64,000 bases of DNA from an uncultured Candidatus Saccharibacteria bacterium (GCA_964426735.1 CAYRRP010000001.1:75923-139922); one strand, 5' to 3'. Counted from the first letter of the stretch, positions 44,870 to 55,611 are shown. Program-made: numbers and translations. Notes: generated from the letters alone by a model not told the origin.

Positions 44870-46993
44870 ATGTCAGAGGTCTTTAAACTTAAAAATGACT
44901 ATCTCCCTGCAGGAGACCAACCAAAAGCGATTGAATCGCTTGTTTCTGGTGTAAAAAAGGGTCTCAGACACCAGACCTTGGTGGGTGTTACAGGTTCAGG
45001 AAAGACTTTTACAGCGGCAAATGTGATTGCCCAAATCGGTAAACCGACTCTCGTAATCGCTCACAACAAAACTCTCGCCGCCCAGCTCGCCCAAGAGTAC
45101 CGAGAGTTTTTCCCAGACAATGCAGTGCATTATTTTGTATCCTACTACGACTACTATCAGCCAGAGGCCTACATGCCGACGACCGATACCTTTATTGAAA
45201 AAGAAGCGACAATCAATGAAGAGATTGAGCGTCTTCGACACGCATCGACCCAAGCACTCCTCACTCGTAAAGATGTGATTATCGTTGCGTCCGTATCGTG
45301 TATTTATGGTCTCGGAAGTCCCATTGAATACGAAAAAGTAAATATGAAGATAGAGCAAGGAATGAAAATCACTCGTGCGGACTTTATTCGTCGCCTTGTC
45401 GATATTCATTTTGAGCGTACTCCTGCTGACCTCACACCAGGAAGTTTTCGTGCGCTTGGTAACACGGTGGAGATCATGCCTGTGTCAGAAAAGATTGTCT
45501 TTCGTATTGAACTTTCACCAGATGGTATTACTGAAATATTAAAACTCGATCCAGTGACTCGTAGTGTACTTGAAACGGTACGTGTATTTTATCTTTTCCC
45601 CGCAAAGCACTTTATCAGTAGCAAAGAAGCGTCAGAAAAAGCATTTAAGACTATCAAAGCAGAGCTCGCATCTCAGCTCAAAAAATTTGAAAAAGAAGGA
45701 AAAGTTCTCGAAGCGGAGCGTATCAAGCGCCGCACCACTTATGACCTCGCCATGATCAAGGAAATGGGATACTGCAGTGGTATTGAAAACTATTCACGAC
45801 ACTTTTCAGGTAAACTTCCTGGAGAAGCTCCTGATACTCTCATTTCATATTTTCCACACAATGCGGATGGTACTCCAGACTTTTTGACGATTATCGATGA
45901 GTCACATGTGACCGTACCTCAGCTTGGTGGTATGTATGCCGGTGATGCGTCACGAAAAGAAACATTGGTAAACTTTGGTTTTCGTCTTCCGTCTGCAAAA
46001 GATAACCGCCCGCTTAAGTTTGAAGAATTTGAAAAAAGTGTAGGGCAAACTATATATACAACAGCAACACCGAGTGTGTATGAAAAGGAAAAGAGTCAAA
46101 ACATGGTTGAACAGGTGATTCGTCCGACAGGACTGACTGATCCGTTGGTTGAAGTACGACCGGTTATTGAAAGAGGAAAATATAAAGGACAGATTTTTGA
46201 TTTGATTGCAGAAGCAGAAAAAGAAATCAAAAAAGGTGGGCGCGTGATTGCAACCACGCTCACTAAAAAAATGGCAGAAGACCTGACTGAATTTCTGAAA
46301 GAGAAAAAAATAAAAGCAGAGTATATTCATAGTGATATTAAAACTATTCAGCGTATTGAAATCCTCACTGAGTTTCGTCGAGGAACATTTGATGTGATAG
46401 TGGGAGTAAACTTGCTTCGAGAAGGACTCGATCTTCCAGAGGTAACGTTGATTGGTATTTTGGATGCGGATAAAGAAGGTTTTCTTCGTTCTGAGACTGC
46501 ACTTGTGCAGATTATTGGGCGTGCAGCACGAAATGTGGAGGGGCGAGTGATTTTGTATGCAGACAACATGACCGGTTCTATGGAGCGAGCGATGGCAGAG
46601 ACTAAGCGTCGTCGAGATATTCAGATTGCATATAATACAAAACACGGTATTACTCCAAAAACAATCATTAAACAAATCAAAGATATTACCGATCAGTTGC
46701 AGTCAAAACACGACAAGACAGTACTTGGCATGATTGCGTTTGATCAGAAAATGATGGGAGGTGAAGCGAAACTCACACGCAAGGGAATTGAAAAATTGAT
46801 CAAACATAAAGAGCGTCAGATGCAGGCTTCGGTAAAGATACTCGACTTTGAAACTGCGGCACTCTTACGCGATGAGCTCAAAAAACTGATAGAAATGAAA
46901 GAGAGTAAAGCTGATATAGAAGTGAAAGCCGAAGATTTTAGTGTAGTGATCAAACCAGAGCTTGGAGTTCCTGGTAAAAAGAAAAAAGGCTAA
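44870..46993 (+). CDS. uvrB: excinuclease ABC subunit B
   Basis: Helicase motifs (VTGSGKTFTAANVIAQ), a beta-hairpin region and a C-terminal UVR domain. TATAGT-N6-ATG leaderless arrangement at 44858-44872. Confidence 0.9.
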   Translation: MSEVFKLKNDYLPAGDQPKAIESLVSGVKKGLRHQTLVGVTGSGKTFTAANVIAQIGKPTLVIAHNKTLAAQLAQEYREFFPDNAVHYFVSYYDYYQPEAYMPTTDTFIEKEATINEEIERLRHASTQALLTRKDVIIVASVSCIYGLGSPIEYEKVNMKIEQGMKITRADFIRRLVDIHFERTPADLTPGSFRALGNTVEIMPVSEKIVFRIELSPDGITEILKLDPVTRSVLETVRVFYLFPAKHFISSKEASEKAFKTIKAELASQLKKFEKEGKVLEAERIKRRTTYDLAMIKEMGYCSGIENYSRHFSGKLPGEAPDTLISYFPHNADGTPDFLTIIDESHVTVPQLGGMYAGDASRKETLVNFGFRLPSAKDNRPLKFEEFEKSVGQTIYTTATPSVYEKEKSQNMVEQVIRPTGLTDPLVEVRPVIERGKYKGQIFDLIAEAEKEIKKGGRVIATTLTKKMAEDLTEFLKEKKIKAEYIHSDIKTIQRIEILTEFRRGTFDVIVGVNLLREGLDLPEVTLIGILDADKEGFLRSETALVQIIGRAARNVEGRVILYADNMTGSMERAMAETKRRRDIQIAYNTKHGITPKTIIKQIKDITDQLQSKHDKTVLGMIAFDQKMMGGEAKLTRKGIEKLIKHKERQMQASVKILDFETAALLRDELKKLIEMKESKADIEVKAEDFSVVIKPELGVPGKKKKG

Positions 46994-47065
46994 AACATTT
47001 TTTACTAAAAATGTTCACCCGACCAACTGTACTCATTTGGTTTAGGGGAAGAAAAAATAATAGAT

Positions 47066-47095
47066 AGGCGCTTTCGGGCGCCTGTTGTTTTTTGT
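47066..47095 (+). terminator. rho-independent terminator
   Basis: AGGCGCTTTCGGGCGCCTGTTGTTTTTTG. Confidence 0.75.
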
Positions 47096-47131
47096 ACAAA
47101 AATACGGCATAGTGTTTCAGGAGGAAAGGAA

Positions 47132-47629
47132 ATGCGATTTGTTGTATCATACCGATTTGTGAGACATGCGGATATCAAAAAGATGGGAAAAAGATATTTT
47201 AAACTCTTGCCCTTATGGGTTCAGAATGCGTTAAAACCTCAATCTGTGATAATAATCGCTCCTTCATCAGATGATGCGGAGCGTATCAAAAAAAGTGGAA
47301 GTATCCGGCATAACGAAAAAGTTTTCACGGTTGTATTTGGAAACGATATCAAAGGTGCATATGTGGAATTGTTTACACAGATAATCAAATGTTCTATTGA
47401 TATTGATCCTCAGCGACGCCAACTGTTTCATCGTTATGTGCAGAATTTATATGATCCATGTGGTTTTTTGCAGAAAAAAGATGTTGCTTCTGCACTTTAC
47501 ACGCATCTTACGTTGTATCTTTTGCGGAATGATGAATTCTTGAATCGAAACGAAGAGCGTCGCGTATTGTGTGAGGAGATTGTACGAGATATCAATGCTC
47601 TCGTGCTTCCGTACGGCGCCCTACAATAG
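47132..47629 (+). CDS. hypothetical protein (165 aa) between uvrB and uvrA
   Basis: Strong SD CAGGAGGAAAGGAA before the ATG. The terminator hairpin includes its stop codon. Confidence 0.5.
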   Translation: MRFVVSYRFVRHADIKKMGKRYFKLLPLWVQNALKPQSVIIIAPSSDDAERIKKSGSIRHNEKVFTVVFGNDIKGAYVELFTQIIKCSIDIDPQRRQLFHRYVQNLYDPCGFLQKKDVASALYTHLTLYLLRNDEFLNRNEERRVLCEEIVRDINALVLPYGALQ

Positions 47630-47641
47630 GGCGCCGTTTTA
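47612..47641 (+). terminator. rho-independent terminator
   Basis: ACGGCGCCCTACAATAGGGCGCCGTTTT. Confidence 0.75.
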
Positions 47642-47725
47642 TGTACAAAACATTGATGTAATGGTATGATACATGGATTAATTTATACATACCCTAGAGC
47701 CCGTTTTGCGGGCCCGTTTACGTAT

Positions 47726-50425
47726 ATGAAAGACAAAAAAACACACAAACCAGAGGCTAAACCTACAGAAGTAGGTCGCCCGACTCCCGTGGAACGGGAG
47801 TTTAGGGATAAGATTATCGTGCGAGGTGCACGGACACACAATCTCAAAAATATAACCGTGGAAATGCCACGGGGTACGATGAACGTATTTACCGGACTCT
47901 CAGGGTCAGGTAAGTCATCTCTTGCATTTGATACGATTTTTGCAGAGGGTCAGCGTCGATACGTAGAGTCTCTTTCTTCATATGCACGTCAGTTTTTGCG
48001 TCAAATGCAAAAGCCAGATGTAGATGAGATTGTAGGACTTTCTCCTGCTATCTCGATCGATCAAAAGTCTCGCTCAAACAATCCTCGTTCGACCGTGGCT
48101 ACTATCACAGAAATCTACGACTATCTTCGTATCTTGTATTCACGTATTGGCCATCCACACTGTCTTGTGTGTGGTGATGAAATTAAAAAACTTTCAAATG
48201 AAGAGATTAAAAATTTTCTTTTAGAGAAAATTGCCCTTCAAAAGACAGCCTTCAAAAAAGTACGCACAGAGAAAAAAGTGCCGATGCCTATGTATGCAGA
48301 GATTTTCGCGCCGATTGTTCGAGGACGAAAAGGTGAATACTATCAGCTCCTCTATGACCTTCTTGGAAAGGGGTATTCTCATGTGCTCGTGGACGGCAAA
48401 CGATATGCGCTTCGTGAACGTATCGAACTTTCAAAAACAAAACGTCATGACATTGATGTGCTTGTGGACAGTATCAGTATCTTAGATTTTTTGGATAATG
48501 AAGCGGATGCACAAGAACGTCTCGCCGAGTCCCTCGAAAAAGCACTCGAAGAATCAGAGGGTTTGGTGAAGGTGCTTTTCCGTGATATGGGTCGCGAGCA
48601 AGATGAAAAGGATTATAAACCAGAAGAGGTTTTCATGTCCTCAAAACTTTCGTGTCCAAAAGATGGATACTCATATCCAGAAGTAGAGCCACGACTTTTT
48701 TCATTCAACTCTCCCTACGGTGCATGTCCAGAGTGTAACGGTCTTGGTACGCGACACTTTTTTGGTAATGAACAGTGTCCAAAATGTAACGGTGCACGAC
48801 TTCGAGAAGAAGCGCTTCATGTGCTTATTGGCAAGAAAAATATTGTCGATTTTGTGGCACTTTCAATCAAAGATGCAAATGAATTTCTTGAAACTCTCAA
48901 GCTTTCTGATCGAGAAAAAAATATCGCGAAAGTGGTACTTAAAGAAATCAAATCTCGCATTGATTTTATGGTAAATGTGGGTATTGAATATTTGTCGCTT
49001 GACCGTCGTGCACACACACTATCGGGTGGAGAAGCTCAGCGTATTAGACTCGCGTCTCAGCTCGGTTCTGGGCTTGTGGGGGCACTCTACGTGCTCGATG
49101 AGCCGACGATCGGTCTCCATTCTCGGGACAATGACCGCCTTATTCAGACATTACTCAACCTTCGTGATCTTGGAAACACCATCATTGTCGTGGAACATGA
49201 TGAGGATACTATTTTTGCATCAGATTATATTGTTGATATCGGACCGGGTGCAGGTGTGCATGGTGGAAATGTGGTGGTAGCAGGATATCTCGACGAGCTC
49301 GTCACTGCAAAGAAAAATACATCAGGATCTATTACACTCGATTATTTGCGTGGGGACAATTTTGTAGAAGTGCCAGAAAAAAGACGAGATACTCCAAAAG
49401 GTGAAATTCAAATCAGAGGAGGGAAAGTCTTTAATATTAAAAATCTTAATGTGGATATTCCACTTGGGAAGTTTGTGTCAGTGACCGGAGTGTCTGGTTC
49501 AGGGAAGTCTTCGTTTGTGTATGAGATTGTACATAAGAATCTCCTTGCTCGCCTTGAGCGAAAGTATCGAAGTGCAGAAACTTTCAATGCAAAGAGTTTT
49601 ACAGGAACCGAATATCTCGGACGAGCTATCTTGATCGACCAGAGTCCGATCGGCCGTACACCACGAAGTAATCCTGCAACATACACCGGTGCATGGACAT
49701 TTATCCGCGATCTTTTTGCTGAGACAGCAGAGGCACGAGCACGAGGATGGAAATCAAGTCGCTTTTCTTTCAATGTGAAAGGTGGACGATGTGAGACGTG
49801 TCAGGGAAATGGAGAGATTGAAGTAGAAATGCACTTTTTGCCTACTGTGTACGTACCATGTGATGTATGTAAAGGAAAACGCTTTATGAAAGAAACGCTT
49901 GATGTGAAGTACAAAAAGAAAAATGTGTATGATGTACTTGAAATGACTATAGAGGAGGCGCTTGCGTTTTATGAAGATATTCCTGCTATCTATGATCGCT
50001 TGAAGAGTTTGAGTGATGTAGGACTTGGATACCTCAAGCTCGGACAGTCTGCAACCACTCTCTCAGGAGGAGAGGCACAACGTGTGAAGATTTCTTCGGA
50101 GCTTTACCGTCCACACCTACAGAAAACAATATATCTTTTAGATGAGCCAACGATCGGTCTGCACTACGAAGACGTAAAAAAACTTATTGAGATTTTGCAA
50201 AAACTGGTAGATAAAGGAAATACAGTGGTGGTGATTGAGCACAATCTTGACCTGATCAAGTCATCAGACTATGTGATCGACATCGGTCCTGAAGGTGGAG
50301 CAGGCGGAGGAAATATTGTGGCAAAAGGAACTCCTGAAGAAGTAGCAAATGTTGAAAAGAGTTATACAGGGAAATATCTGGCAAAAGTGTTGAAGGATTA
50401 TAGAAATCGGAAGAATAGAGACTAG
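47726..50425 (+). CDS. uvrA: excinuclease ABC subunit A
   Basis: Two ABC modules ([15 protein letters not shown] with [14 protein letters not shown], and [13 protein letters not shown] with [15 protein letters not shown]) and zinc-finger Cys clusters. N-terminal extension. The ORF track starts at 47666; the ATG at 47726 is the likelier start. Confidence 0.9.
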   Translation: MKDKKTHKPEAKPTEVGRPTPVEREFRDKIIVRGARTHNLKNITVEMPRGTMNVFTGLSGSGKSSLAFDTIFAEGQRRYVESLSSYARQFLRQMQKPDVDEIVGLSPAISIDQKSRSNNPRSTVATITEIYDYLRILYSRIGHPHCLVCGDEIKKLSNEEIKNFLLEKIALQKTAFKKVRTEKKVPMPMYAEIFAPIVRGRKGEYYQLLYDLLGKGYSHVLVDGKRYALRERIELSKTKRHDIDVLVDSISILDFLDNEADAQERLAESLEKALEESEGLVKVLFRDMGREQDEKDYKPEEVFMSSKLSCPKDGYSYPEVEPRLFSFNSPYGACPECNGLGTRHFFGNEQCPKCNGARLREEALHVLIGKKNIVDFVALSIKDANEFLETLKLSDREKNIAKVVLKEIKSRIDFMVNVGIEYLSLDRRAHTLSGGEAQRIRLASQLGSGLVGALYVLDEPTIGLHSRDNDRLIQTLLNLRDLGNTIIVVEHDEDTIFASDYIVDIGPGAGVHGGNVVVAGYLDELVTAKKNTSGSITLDYLRGDNFVEVPEKRRDTPKGEIQIRGGKVFNIKNLNVDIPLGKFVSVTGVSGSGKSSFVYEIVHKNLLARLERKYRSAETFNAKSFTGTEYLGRAILIDQSPIGRTPRSNPATYTGAWTFIRDLFAETAEARARGWKSSRFSFNVKGGRCETCQGNGEIEVEMHFLPTVYVPCDVCKGKRFMKETLDVKYKKKNVYDVLEMTIEEALAFYEDIPAIYDRLKSLSDVGLGYLKLGQSATTLSGGEAQRVKISSELYRPHLQKTIYLLDEPTIGLHYEDVKKLIEILQKLVDKGNTVVVIEHNLDLIKSSDYVIDIGPEGGAGGGNIVAKGTPEEVANVEKSYTGKYLAKVLKDYRNRKNRD

Positions 50426-50449
50426 AGGTTAGAAGTTAGAGATAAGAAA

Positions 50450-50485
50450 AAGCGGGCCCCACAGTGATGTGGTGCCCGCGTTTCG
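50450..50485. terminator. bidirectional terminator (stronger on the minus strand)
   Basis: GCGGGCCCCACAGTGATGTGGTGCCCGC. On the minus strand it is followed by CTTTTTCTT. Confidence 0.6.
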
Positions 50486-50487
50486 GG

Positions 50488-50787
50488 TTAGTTGTTTTTA
50501 TACCCAAGTATTACCTCGGATACGTATTTTGTTGCCGATGGGTACCGGGACTCGGCAGCCATCTTGCGAAATCTCCACAACTCATCCTCAGTTAGTCTTA
50601 CGGCTATCTGGTGGTTCCTAACCGCCTCCGGTTTGTCCGGATCTTTAATCCGGGTTTTCCTTTCCCCACAGACGAGTTTCCGGATGTACTCGGAGACCGT
50701 ACGGCACCCGACGTGAGGTAAAAGGGCCTTTATTTGAGCATGTTCTCTTGGTGTGGTACGTACACACACCATGTAGGTTCTGTTCAT
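50488..50787 (-). CDS. MobC-like mobilisation/RHH-type protein (GC-rich, foreign)
   Basis: Two tandem segments of the V-R-T/L-T-x-E ... SEYIR pattern (VCVRTTPREHAQIKALLPHVGCRTVSEYIRKLV and IAVRLTEDELWRFRKMAAESRYPSATKYV). About 50% GC. Confidence 0.4.
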   Translation of the reverse strand: MNRTYMVCVRTTPREHAQIKALLPHVGCRTVSEYIRKLVCGERKTRIKDPDKPEAVRNHQIAVRLTEDELWRFRKMAAESRYPSATKYVSEVILGYKNN

Positions 50788-50832
50788 AGGTAACTCCTGA
50801 GTACTTTATACCACGCTATAAACTTAAGTCAA

Positions 50833-51060
50833 CTACCTCTGCCCAACGCCTTCTCTAAATCCTCGGATTCCTTCTAGAAGGTTTTTGTCCGATTCTGTGT
50901 GTTGTTTGACAAACCAGCGTGCTGTTAGATAACAACAAGCTCGACCTCCTCGAAACAAAGTCTCAAGGATTAGTGTTTCTATGGATCCATTGTTTTTACT
51001 AGCAAGAGTGGAGAGCATCTCCATTTGCTCGTCAGAAAGATTAAGCGTCACTTGTGGCAT
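50833..51060 (-). CDS. ribbon-helix-helix (CopG-like) small protein
   Basis: MPQVTLNLSDEQMEMLSTLASKNNGSIETLI matches the beta-strand-helix-helix pattern. RBS GAAGGG 6 nt upstream of the ATG at 51060. The ORF track extends further upstream. Confidence 0.4.
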   Translation of the reverse strand: MPQVTLNLSDEQMEMLSTLASKNNGSIETLILETLFRGGRACCYLTARWFVKQHTESDKNLLEGIRGFREGVGQR

Positions 51061-51096
51061 TTGGCACCCTTCTTTTTTTAGAGTATAATACTTCCC

Positions 51097-52413
51097 ATGA
51101 CTCGTCAATCCCTTATCGAATCAATCAAAAAGTTTCCAGAGACACCAGGGGTGTACTTCTTTACCCGACGCTTAGGTAATCCTAAGCGTTTAGGGTTGGA
51201 GTCAGACCCTAAATCACCGCGAATACGTAATAACCAGGTAAAGATTTTATACATCGGCAAGGCCACCTCTCTCCGCGACAGAGTGCGAAGCTATTTTTCC
51301 AACGATATTGCAGTCACTCGAGGTCCAAAGATTGTTGGCATGCTTGAGGAGTGTACAGATATTACGTTTGAAAAAACAGACTCAGTGCTTGAAGCACTTC
51401 TCCTTGAGGCTCACTTAATCAAAAAATATCAACCAGAATACAACACCAAAGAAAAGGATAATAAAAGTTTTTATTACGTTGTCATAACAAAAGAGGATTT
51501 CCCTCGAGTACTTTTGGTACGTGGGCGAGATATTCTCGTAGGGGCACTATCGACCAAGAAAAAAATTGATTACACGATCGCTCATTCATTCGGACCGTTT
51601 CCTTCAGGGCAGACACTTCGCGATGCACTTGGTCTTATTCGCAAAATTTTTCCATTTCGAGATAAATGCGTACCATGTGCAGATGAAAAATGTAAACCGT
51701 GTTTTAACCGACAGATCGGACTTTGTCCTGGTGTGTGTACGGGAGAAATTTCACAAGAAGCATACGGTGCCACTATCAAACACATCATCCGTTTTTTAAA
51801 TGGTGAGAAAAAAGCGATTGTAAAAGACCTGGAAAAACAAATGAAGGTTCTTGCGAAAGCACAAAAGTTTGAAGAAGCGGGAGAGTTGAAAAAGCAGATA
51901 TTTGCCCTGACACATATTCACGATGTATCACTCATTAAAGAAGAAAACTTTGAAGCAAAAGCCCCTTCTGGTTTTCGTATCGAATCATATGATATTGCAC
52001 ACATGTCAGGACAAAACATGGTGGGTGTAATGACGGTGCTTGAAGATGGGCAGATAGAAAAAGGGGAGTATCGTAAATTTAAAATACAACACAATACAGG
52101 TGCAGATGATACAAAAGCACTCAAAGAGGTGATTACACGCCGTCTTGGGCACAATGAGTGGCGATTGCCACAGCTTATTGTTGTTGATGGCGGTGTTGCT
52201 CAAAAAAAAGCAATTGAACGTGTGCTTAAAGAAAATATGGTAGGGATTCCGGTGGTCTCTGTGGTAAAAGATGAACGACATAAGCCAAAAGAAATTTTAG
52301 GGGACAAAAAATATTTGAAATATGAGAAAGAAATCTTGCTTGCCAATGCAGAAGCACATCGGTATGCGATTGGTTTTCATAAAATGTTGAGAAATAAAGG
52401 AATGCGAGGGTAG
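51097..52413 (+). CDS. uvrC: excinuclease ABC subunit C (short form lacking the C-terminal HhH2 domain)
   Basis: GIY-YIG (GVYFF...ILYIGKATSLRDRVRSYF), UVR domain (KAQKFEEAGELKKQIFAL) and an RNaseH-like endonuclease domain (ESYDIAHMSGQNMVGV...YRKFKIQ). Ends after this, about 160 aa shorter than canonical UvrC. TATAAT-N7-ATG. Confidence 0.85.
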   Translation: MTRQSLIESIKKFPETPGVYFFTRRLGNPKRLGLESDPKSPRIRNNQVKILYIGKATSLRDRVRSYFSNDIAVTRGPKIVGMLEECTDITFEKTDSVLEALLLEAHLIKKYQPEYNTKEKDNKSFYYVVITKEDFPRVLLVRGRDILVGALSTKKKIDYTIAHSFGPFPSGQTLRDALGLIRKIFPFRDKCVPCADEKCKPCFNRQIGLCPGVCTGEISQEAYGATIKHIIRFLNGEKKAIVKDLEKQMKVLAKAQKFEEAGELKKQIFALTHIHDVSLIKEENFEAKAPSGFRIESYDIAHMSGQNMVGVMTVLEDGQIEKGEYRKFKIQHNTGADDTKALKEVITRRLGHNEWRLPQLIVVDGGVAQKKAIERVLKENMVGIPVVSVVKDERHKPKEILGDKKYLKYEKEILLANAEAHRYAIGFHKMLRNKGMRG

Positions 52414-52455
52414 TAGTCTATTTCTGTTTTGTTTCCGCTAAAATTTTTTCTCCCT

Positions 52456-52487
52456 GTCCCGCGCCATTTGGTGCGGGATTTTCTTTT
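52456..52487 (+). terminator. rho-independent terminator
   Basis: CCCGCGCCATTTGGTGCGGG followed by ATTTTCTTTT. Confidence 0.75.
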
Positions 52488-52562
52488 GCACAAATACTTC
52501 GAAACAAAAAAATGAAAGGGTAAACTATACAGAGCACTTGGTACGCATGATATAATCTTTAC

Positions 52563-53528
52563 ATGAATACATCACCGATCAGAGTTGCAGTGTTACGGGG
52601 AGGACCATCTCATGAATACGATGTCTCATTACGTACGGGAAGTGAAGTGTTGAAACATTTACCTCCACAGTATAAAGGGATTGATATACTAATCGATAGA
52701 GATGGTGTGTGGCACATGAACGGCACACCAAAATCTCCCGAGAAAATTTTCCCACACATCGATATTGTATGGAATGCTCTCCACGGACACTTTGGTGAAG
52801 ATGGAAAAATCCAACATATACTCGAAATGCATGGTATACCACATACAGGATCTTCTGTGTTACCGAGTGCACTTGGAGTAAATAAAGTATTATCTAAAAA
52901 TGTGTTCGCAAAATACGGTATTCGCACACCACACTCTATTGCTGTACATAAAGATGAGATGTCGAATGCAAAAATACATGAAATATTTACGACACTTCCA
53001 CATCCTGCCATCGTAAAACCTGCGTCCGGCGGATCATCACTTGGTGTAAAAGTGGTACAAACCATTCCCGAACTTATTGAAGCACTTGAAGAAGCATTTG
53101 CATATGGAGAAAAGGTTGTTGTTGAAGAATACATCACTGGACGCGAAGCTACGTGTGGTATCATCTCAGGTTTTAGAGATGAAAATCTCTATGCGCTTCC
53201 TGTGCTTGAGGTAAAAAAACCAGATGGACTTTTACATCATACGTTTGATCATAAGATGGAGGGAGGAGTCGAGTTTGACCATATGAGTCTGACCGCACTC
53301 GAAAAAGCAGAAGCAAAGCGTGTAGCGATGCTTGCACATAAAGCTCTCGGACTCTCACATTATTCTCGCTCAGATATGATCGTACATCCAAAACGAGGAG
53401 TCTTTTTGTTAGAAGTAAATAGTCAACCAAGTCTGAAGGATGGAAGTTCGTTTGCACACGGACTTGAACATATCGGAAGCTCACTTTCTCAATTTTTGGG
53501 ACATGTGCTCGGAAGGGTGACAATATAA
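52563..53528 (+). CDS. D-alanine--D-alanine ligase family ATP-grasp protein (second copy)
   Basis: RVAVLRGGPSHEYDVSLRTGSEV N-terminus, ATP-grasp core and EVNSQPSL motif. TATAAT-N6-ATG. Only about 25-30% identical to ddl at 26858. Confidence 0.75.
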   Translation: MNTSPIRVAVLRGGPSHEYDVSLRTGSEVLKHLPPQYKGIDILIDRDGVWHMNGTPKSPEKIFPHIDIVWNALHGHFGEDGKIQHILEMHGIPHTGSSVLPSALGVNKVLSKNVFAKYGIRTPHSIAVHKDEMSNAKIHEIFTTLPHPAIVKPASGGSSLGVKVVQTIPELIEALEEAFAYGEKVVVEEYITGREATCGIISGFRDENLYALPVLEVKKPDGLLHHTFDHKMEGGVEFDHMSLTALEKAEAKRVAMLAHKALGLSHYSRSDMIVHPKRGVFLLEVNSQPSLKDGSSFAHGLEHIGSSLSQFLGHVLGRVTI

Positions 53529-53550
53529 TACATACATAGGCATTGTGTGA

Positions 53551-53592
53551 AAAAAGAGCGATGGACAAAGTTGTCCCTCGCTCTTGTTTTGT
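53551..53592. terminator. bidirectional rho-independent terminator
   Basis: AAAAAAGAGCGATGGACAAAGTTGTCCCTCGCTCTTGTTTTGTT. Confidence 0.7.
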
Positions 53593-53997
53593 TCACCAGA
53601 CAATGCCTTCCTTCTGGAAAACATCAATAGTGTCTCTTTGCTGTCTCCAACAATCATGGATTGCCTGAGACTGTCTCTTCATGGCGCCGATTCCGCCCGG
53701 CTTCGTGGTCCACAGCACTGCACCGAATTTACATTTGTAGTTGCCAGGATGAAATGGTGCGGATTCACTTTTTTGATCCAGATTCTTTATCTGGACATAC
53801 CGCAAATTGTCGGCGGTCACTTGCAGTTTTTTTGCGTACTGGTCTACGCAATCCCAATGAGCTAGCCGTTTCTTTTCCTGAGAACGGTTCGGGTCTTTTA
53901 CGTTGAAAACGTACAAGCCATTTTCGCACGTATATTCCTTTGTCTCACCGAACACAACCCCAGCCGCAGCCAGGGCAATTACTAGTATGAAGAACAT
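53593..53997 (-). CDS. secreted cysteine-containing small protein (GC-elevated)
   Basis: 134 aa with a signal peptide-like N-terminus and 4 Cys. About 47% GC. Confidence 0.45.
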   Translation of the reverse strand: MFFILVIALAAAGVVFGETKEYTCENGLYVFNVKDPNRSQEKKRLAHWDCVDQYAKKLQVTADNLRYVQIKNLDQKSESAPFHPGNYKCKFGAVLWTTKPGGIGAMKRQSQAIHDCWRQQRDTIDVFQKEGIVW

Positions 53998-54080
53998 CAG
54001 GTGCCTCCTATGAATAGTATACCTAAACTAAAATATGTATATCAAGTTATAACGTGGTACAAGATATAATAAATACCGTG

Positions 54081-54455
54081 TCATCCGTTCAGTGTAAACA
54101 AATATACGCCGACAATAATAGCGACGATACCGTAAGTGATGAAGAATCGTCTTGATTTTTTGATAGCAATTTCACTCAGTAATTTCGGTGCAAAAATATA
54201 TACAATTCCTTTGAGTCCAACAAGCCATGCAAAGATTGTCACAATCATTCGCCATGACCCATCCCAGATGCTGTATGGTATAAGATACATTGAAGAGAGA
54301 AAGATGAGAATCACACCTGTCAGATACATAGTTGCCGGATGATCAAAGAAGTCTTTTAAAAGATGAGGGATGCTCTTGCGCTTAAAGATTATAAAGAATC
54401 CACTCATAATCAAATACACAGAAAGTATTTTTAAGGTAATCAATGTGGTATCCAT
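54081..54455 (-). CDS. membrane protein
   Basis: 124 aa with 4 TM helices. Confidence 0.45.
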   Translation of the reverse strand: MDTTLITLKILSVYLIMSGFFIIFKRKSIPHLLKDFFDHPATMYLTGVILIFLSSMYLIPYSIWDGSWRMIVTIFAWLVGLKGIVYIFAPKLLSEIAIKKSRRFFITYGIVAIIVGVYLFTLNG

Positions 54456-54532
54456 AATATATGACTAGTTATTAATATAATAATTGTATACTTGATGGGG
54501 TGTAAAGCAAAAGGTGCATGTTCCGTGGTAGG

Positions 54533-54976
54533 TCATGCACCCTGTTTTGGTTTGCGATATATAAATATAAGATAGTTAAGTGATGCGATACCACCACAAA
54601 GAAGAATAATGGTGATCAGTATGTCAGGGACCTGAAAACCAAGGTGCTTGAGTTGCTCTACGACAAAAGGCTTGTAATCCCAACCTTGAGCGTATCCGGG
54701 ATGTGCGAGTTCTCTCAAATATCCTGATATAAGAGACAAGGGGCATCTAAAGCTGAAAAGCAGATTTAAGAGGAGGGTGTTTGCTACAAAAACACGGTGG
54801 ATAAATACAAAACGAGGACATTCTTTCTTTGAAACAAAGAAGCCAATAGTCCAATATGTTTTTATAACAAAATGGATGACATCCACAAGGAGAGCGAGGA
54901 TAGTGTATATCATTAAGGAACCTTTCTGTGAAAAGTTTAACATAAAAGAGTGTGTGCCTGATAAGGTGTAACTCAA
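54533..54976 (-). CDS. DUF2784-like membrane protein
   Basis: TM helices and an FRCPLSLISGYLRELA (CPLT-like) motif. Confidence 0.4.
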   Translation of the reverse strand: MSYTLSGTHSFMLNFSQKGSLMIYTILALLVDVIHFVIKTYWTIGFFVSKKECPRFVFIHRVFVANTLLLNLLFSFRCPLSLISGYLRELAHPGYAQGWDYKPFVVEQLKHLGFQVPDILITIILLCGGIASLNYLIFIYRKPKQGA

Positions 54977-55009
54977 ATTGTGTGGGGATATGTAAAAAAG
55001 ACCTGCACT

Positions 55010-55336
55010 TCATGTGCAAGCCTTTTTGTTATCGGTTCCCTCAGTGATACGTGCGTAGTGACACCCATCATTTGGGGTCAGTCCCCAGATGATTCTCCAT
55101 CCTCGCTCCTCCCACCATTCTTCAGCGCGCTGGGTTACATATCGGTTCCACTCCTCCATGCGTTTTCTGGTGTTTTCGTGGGGATTGTTGAGGTGGATTA
55201 CCAGATCCGTCGGCGGGCTTATTCTAAGCCATTCATTTTTCCAGGTTTTTACCAGTTCTACATATTCACTAAAGTATATGTCGAACTGAGATTCTTCTTC
55301 GGCCATATTATATCTCTCCTCTGATGAGTGTAGCAT
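55010..55336 (-). CDS. hypothetical protein
   Basis: 108-aa acidic, Trp-rich ORF. No match. Confidence 0.4.
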   Translation of the reverse strand: MLHSSEERYNMAEEESQFDIYFSEYVELVKTWKNEWLRISPPTDLVIHLNNPHENTRKRMEEWNRYVTQRAEEWWEERGWRIIWGLTPNDGCHYARITEGTDNKKACT

Positions 55337-55392
55337 GGGGGATAAAATTTACAAGAAAAGACCGCCCGATGAGGGGCGGTCTCTTTGAGGGG

Positions 55393-55611
55393 TTAGTTGG
55401 ACGTGAGGAAGCGTTTAAAACTCCAAAGCGCTAGAAATATCCCAAAAACGAATACGCTTGTTTTAAACACTGTCATGAAATCATAACACGGGATGGGCAC
55501 CCCGACGATGACAAACACTCGCCAAGCAAATGTTGCCACAAATGACATAAAAAATACAAAAACGAAAAACCGTATTATTGACATGCTCTTTCTCCTATAT
55601 AAATAAAACAT
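55393..55611 (-). CDS. small membrane protein
   Basis: 72 aa with 2 TM helices. Confidence 0.35.
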   Translation of the reverse strand: MFYLYRRKSMSIIRFFVFVFFMSFVATFAWRVFVIVGVPIPCYDFMTVFKTSVFVFGIFLALWSFKRFLTSN

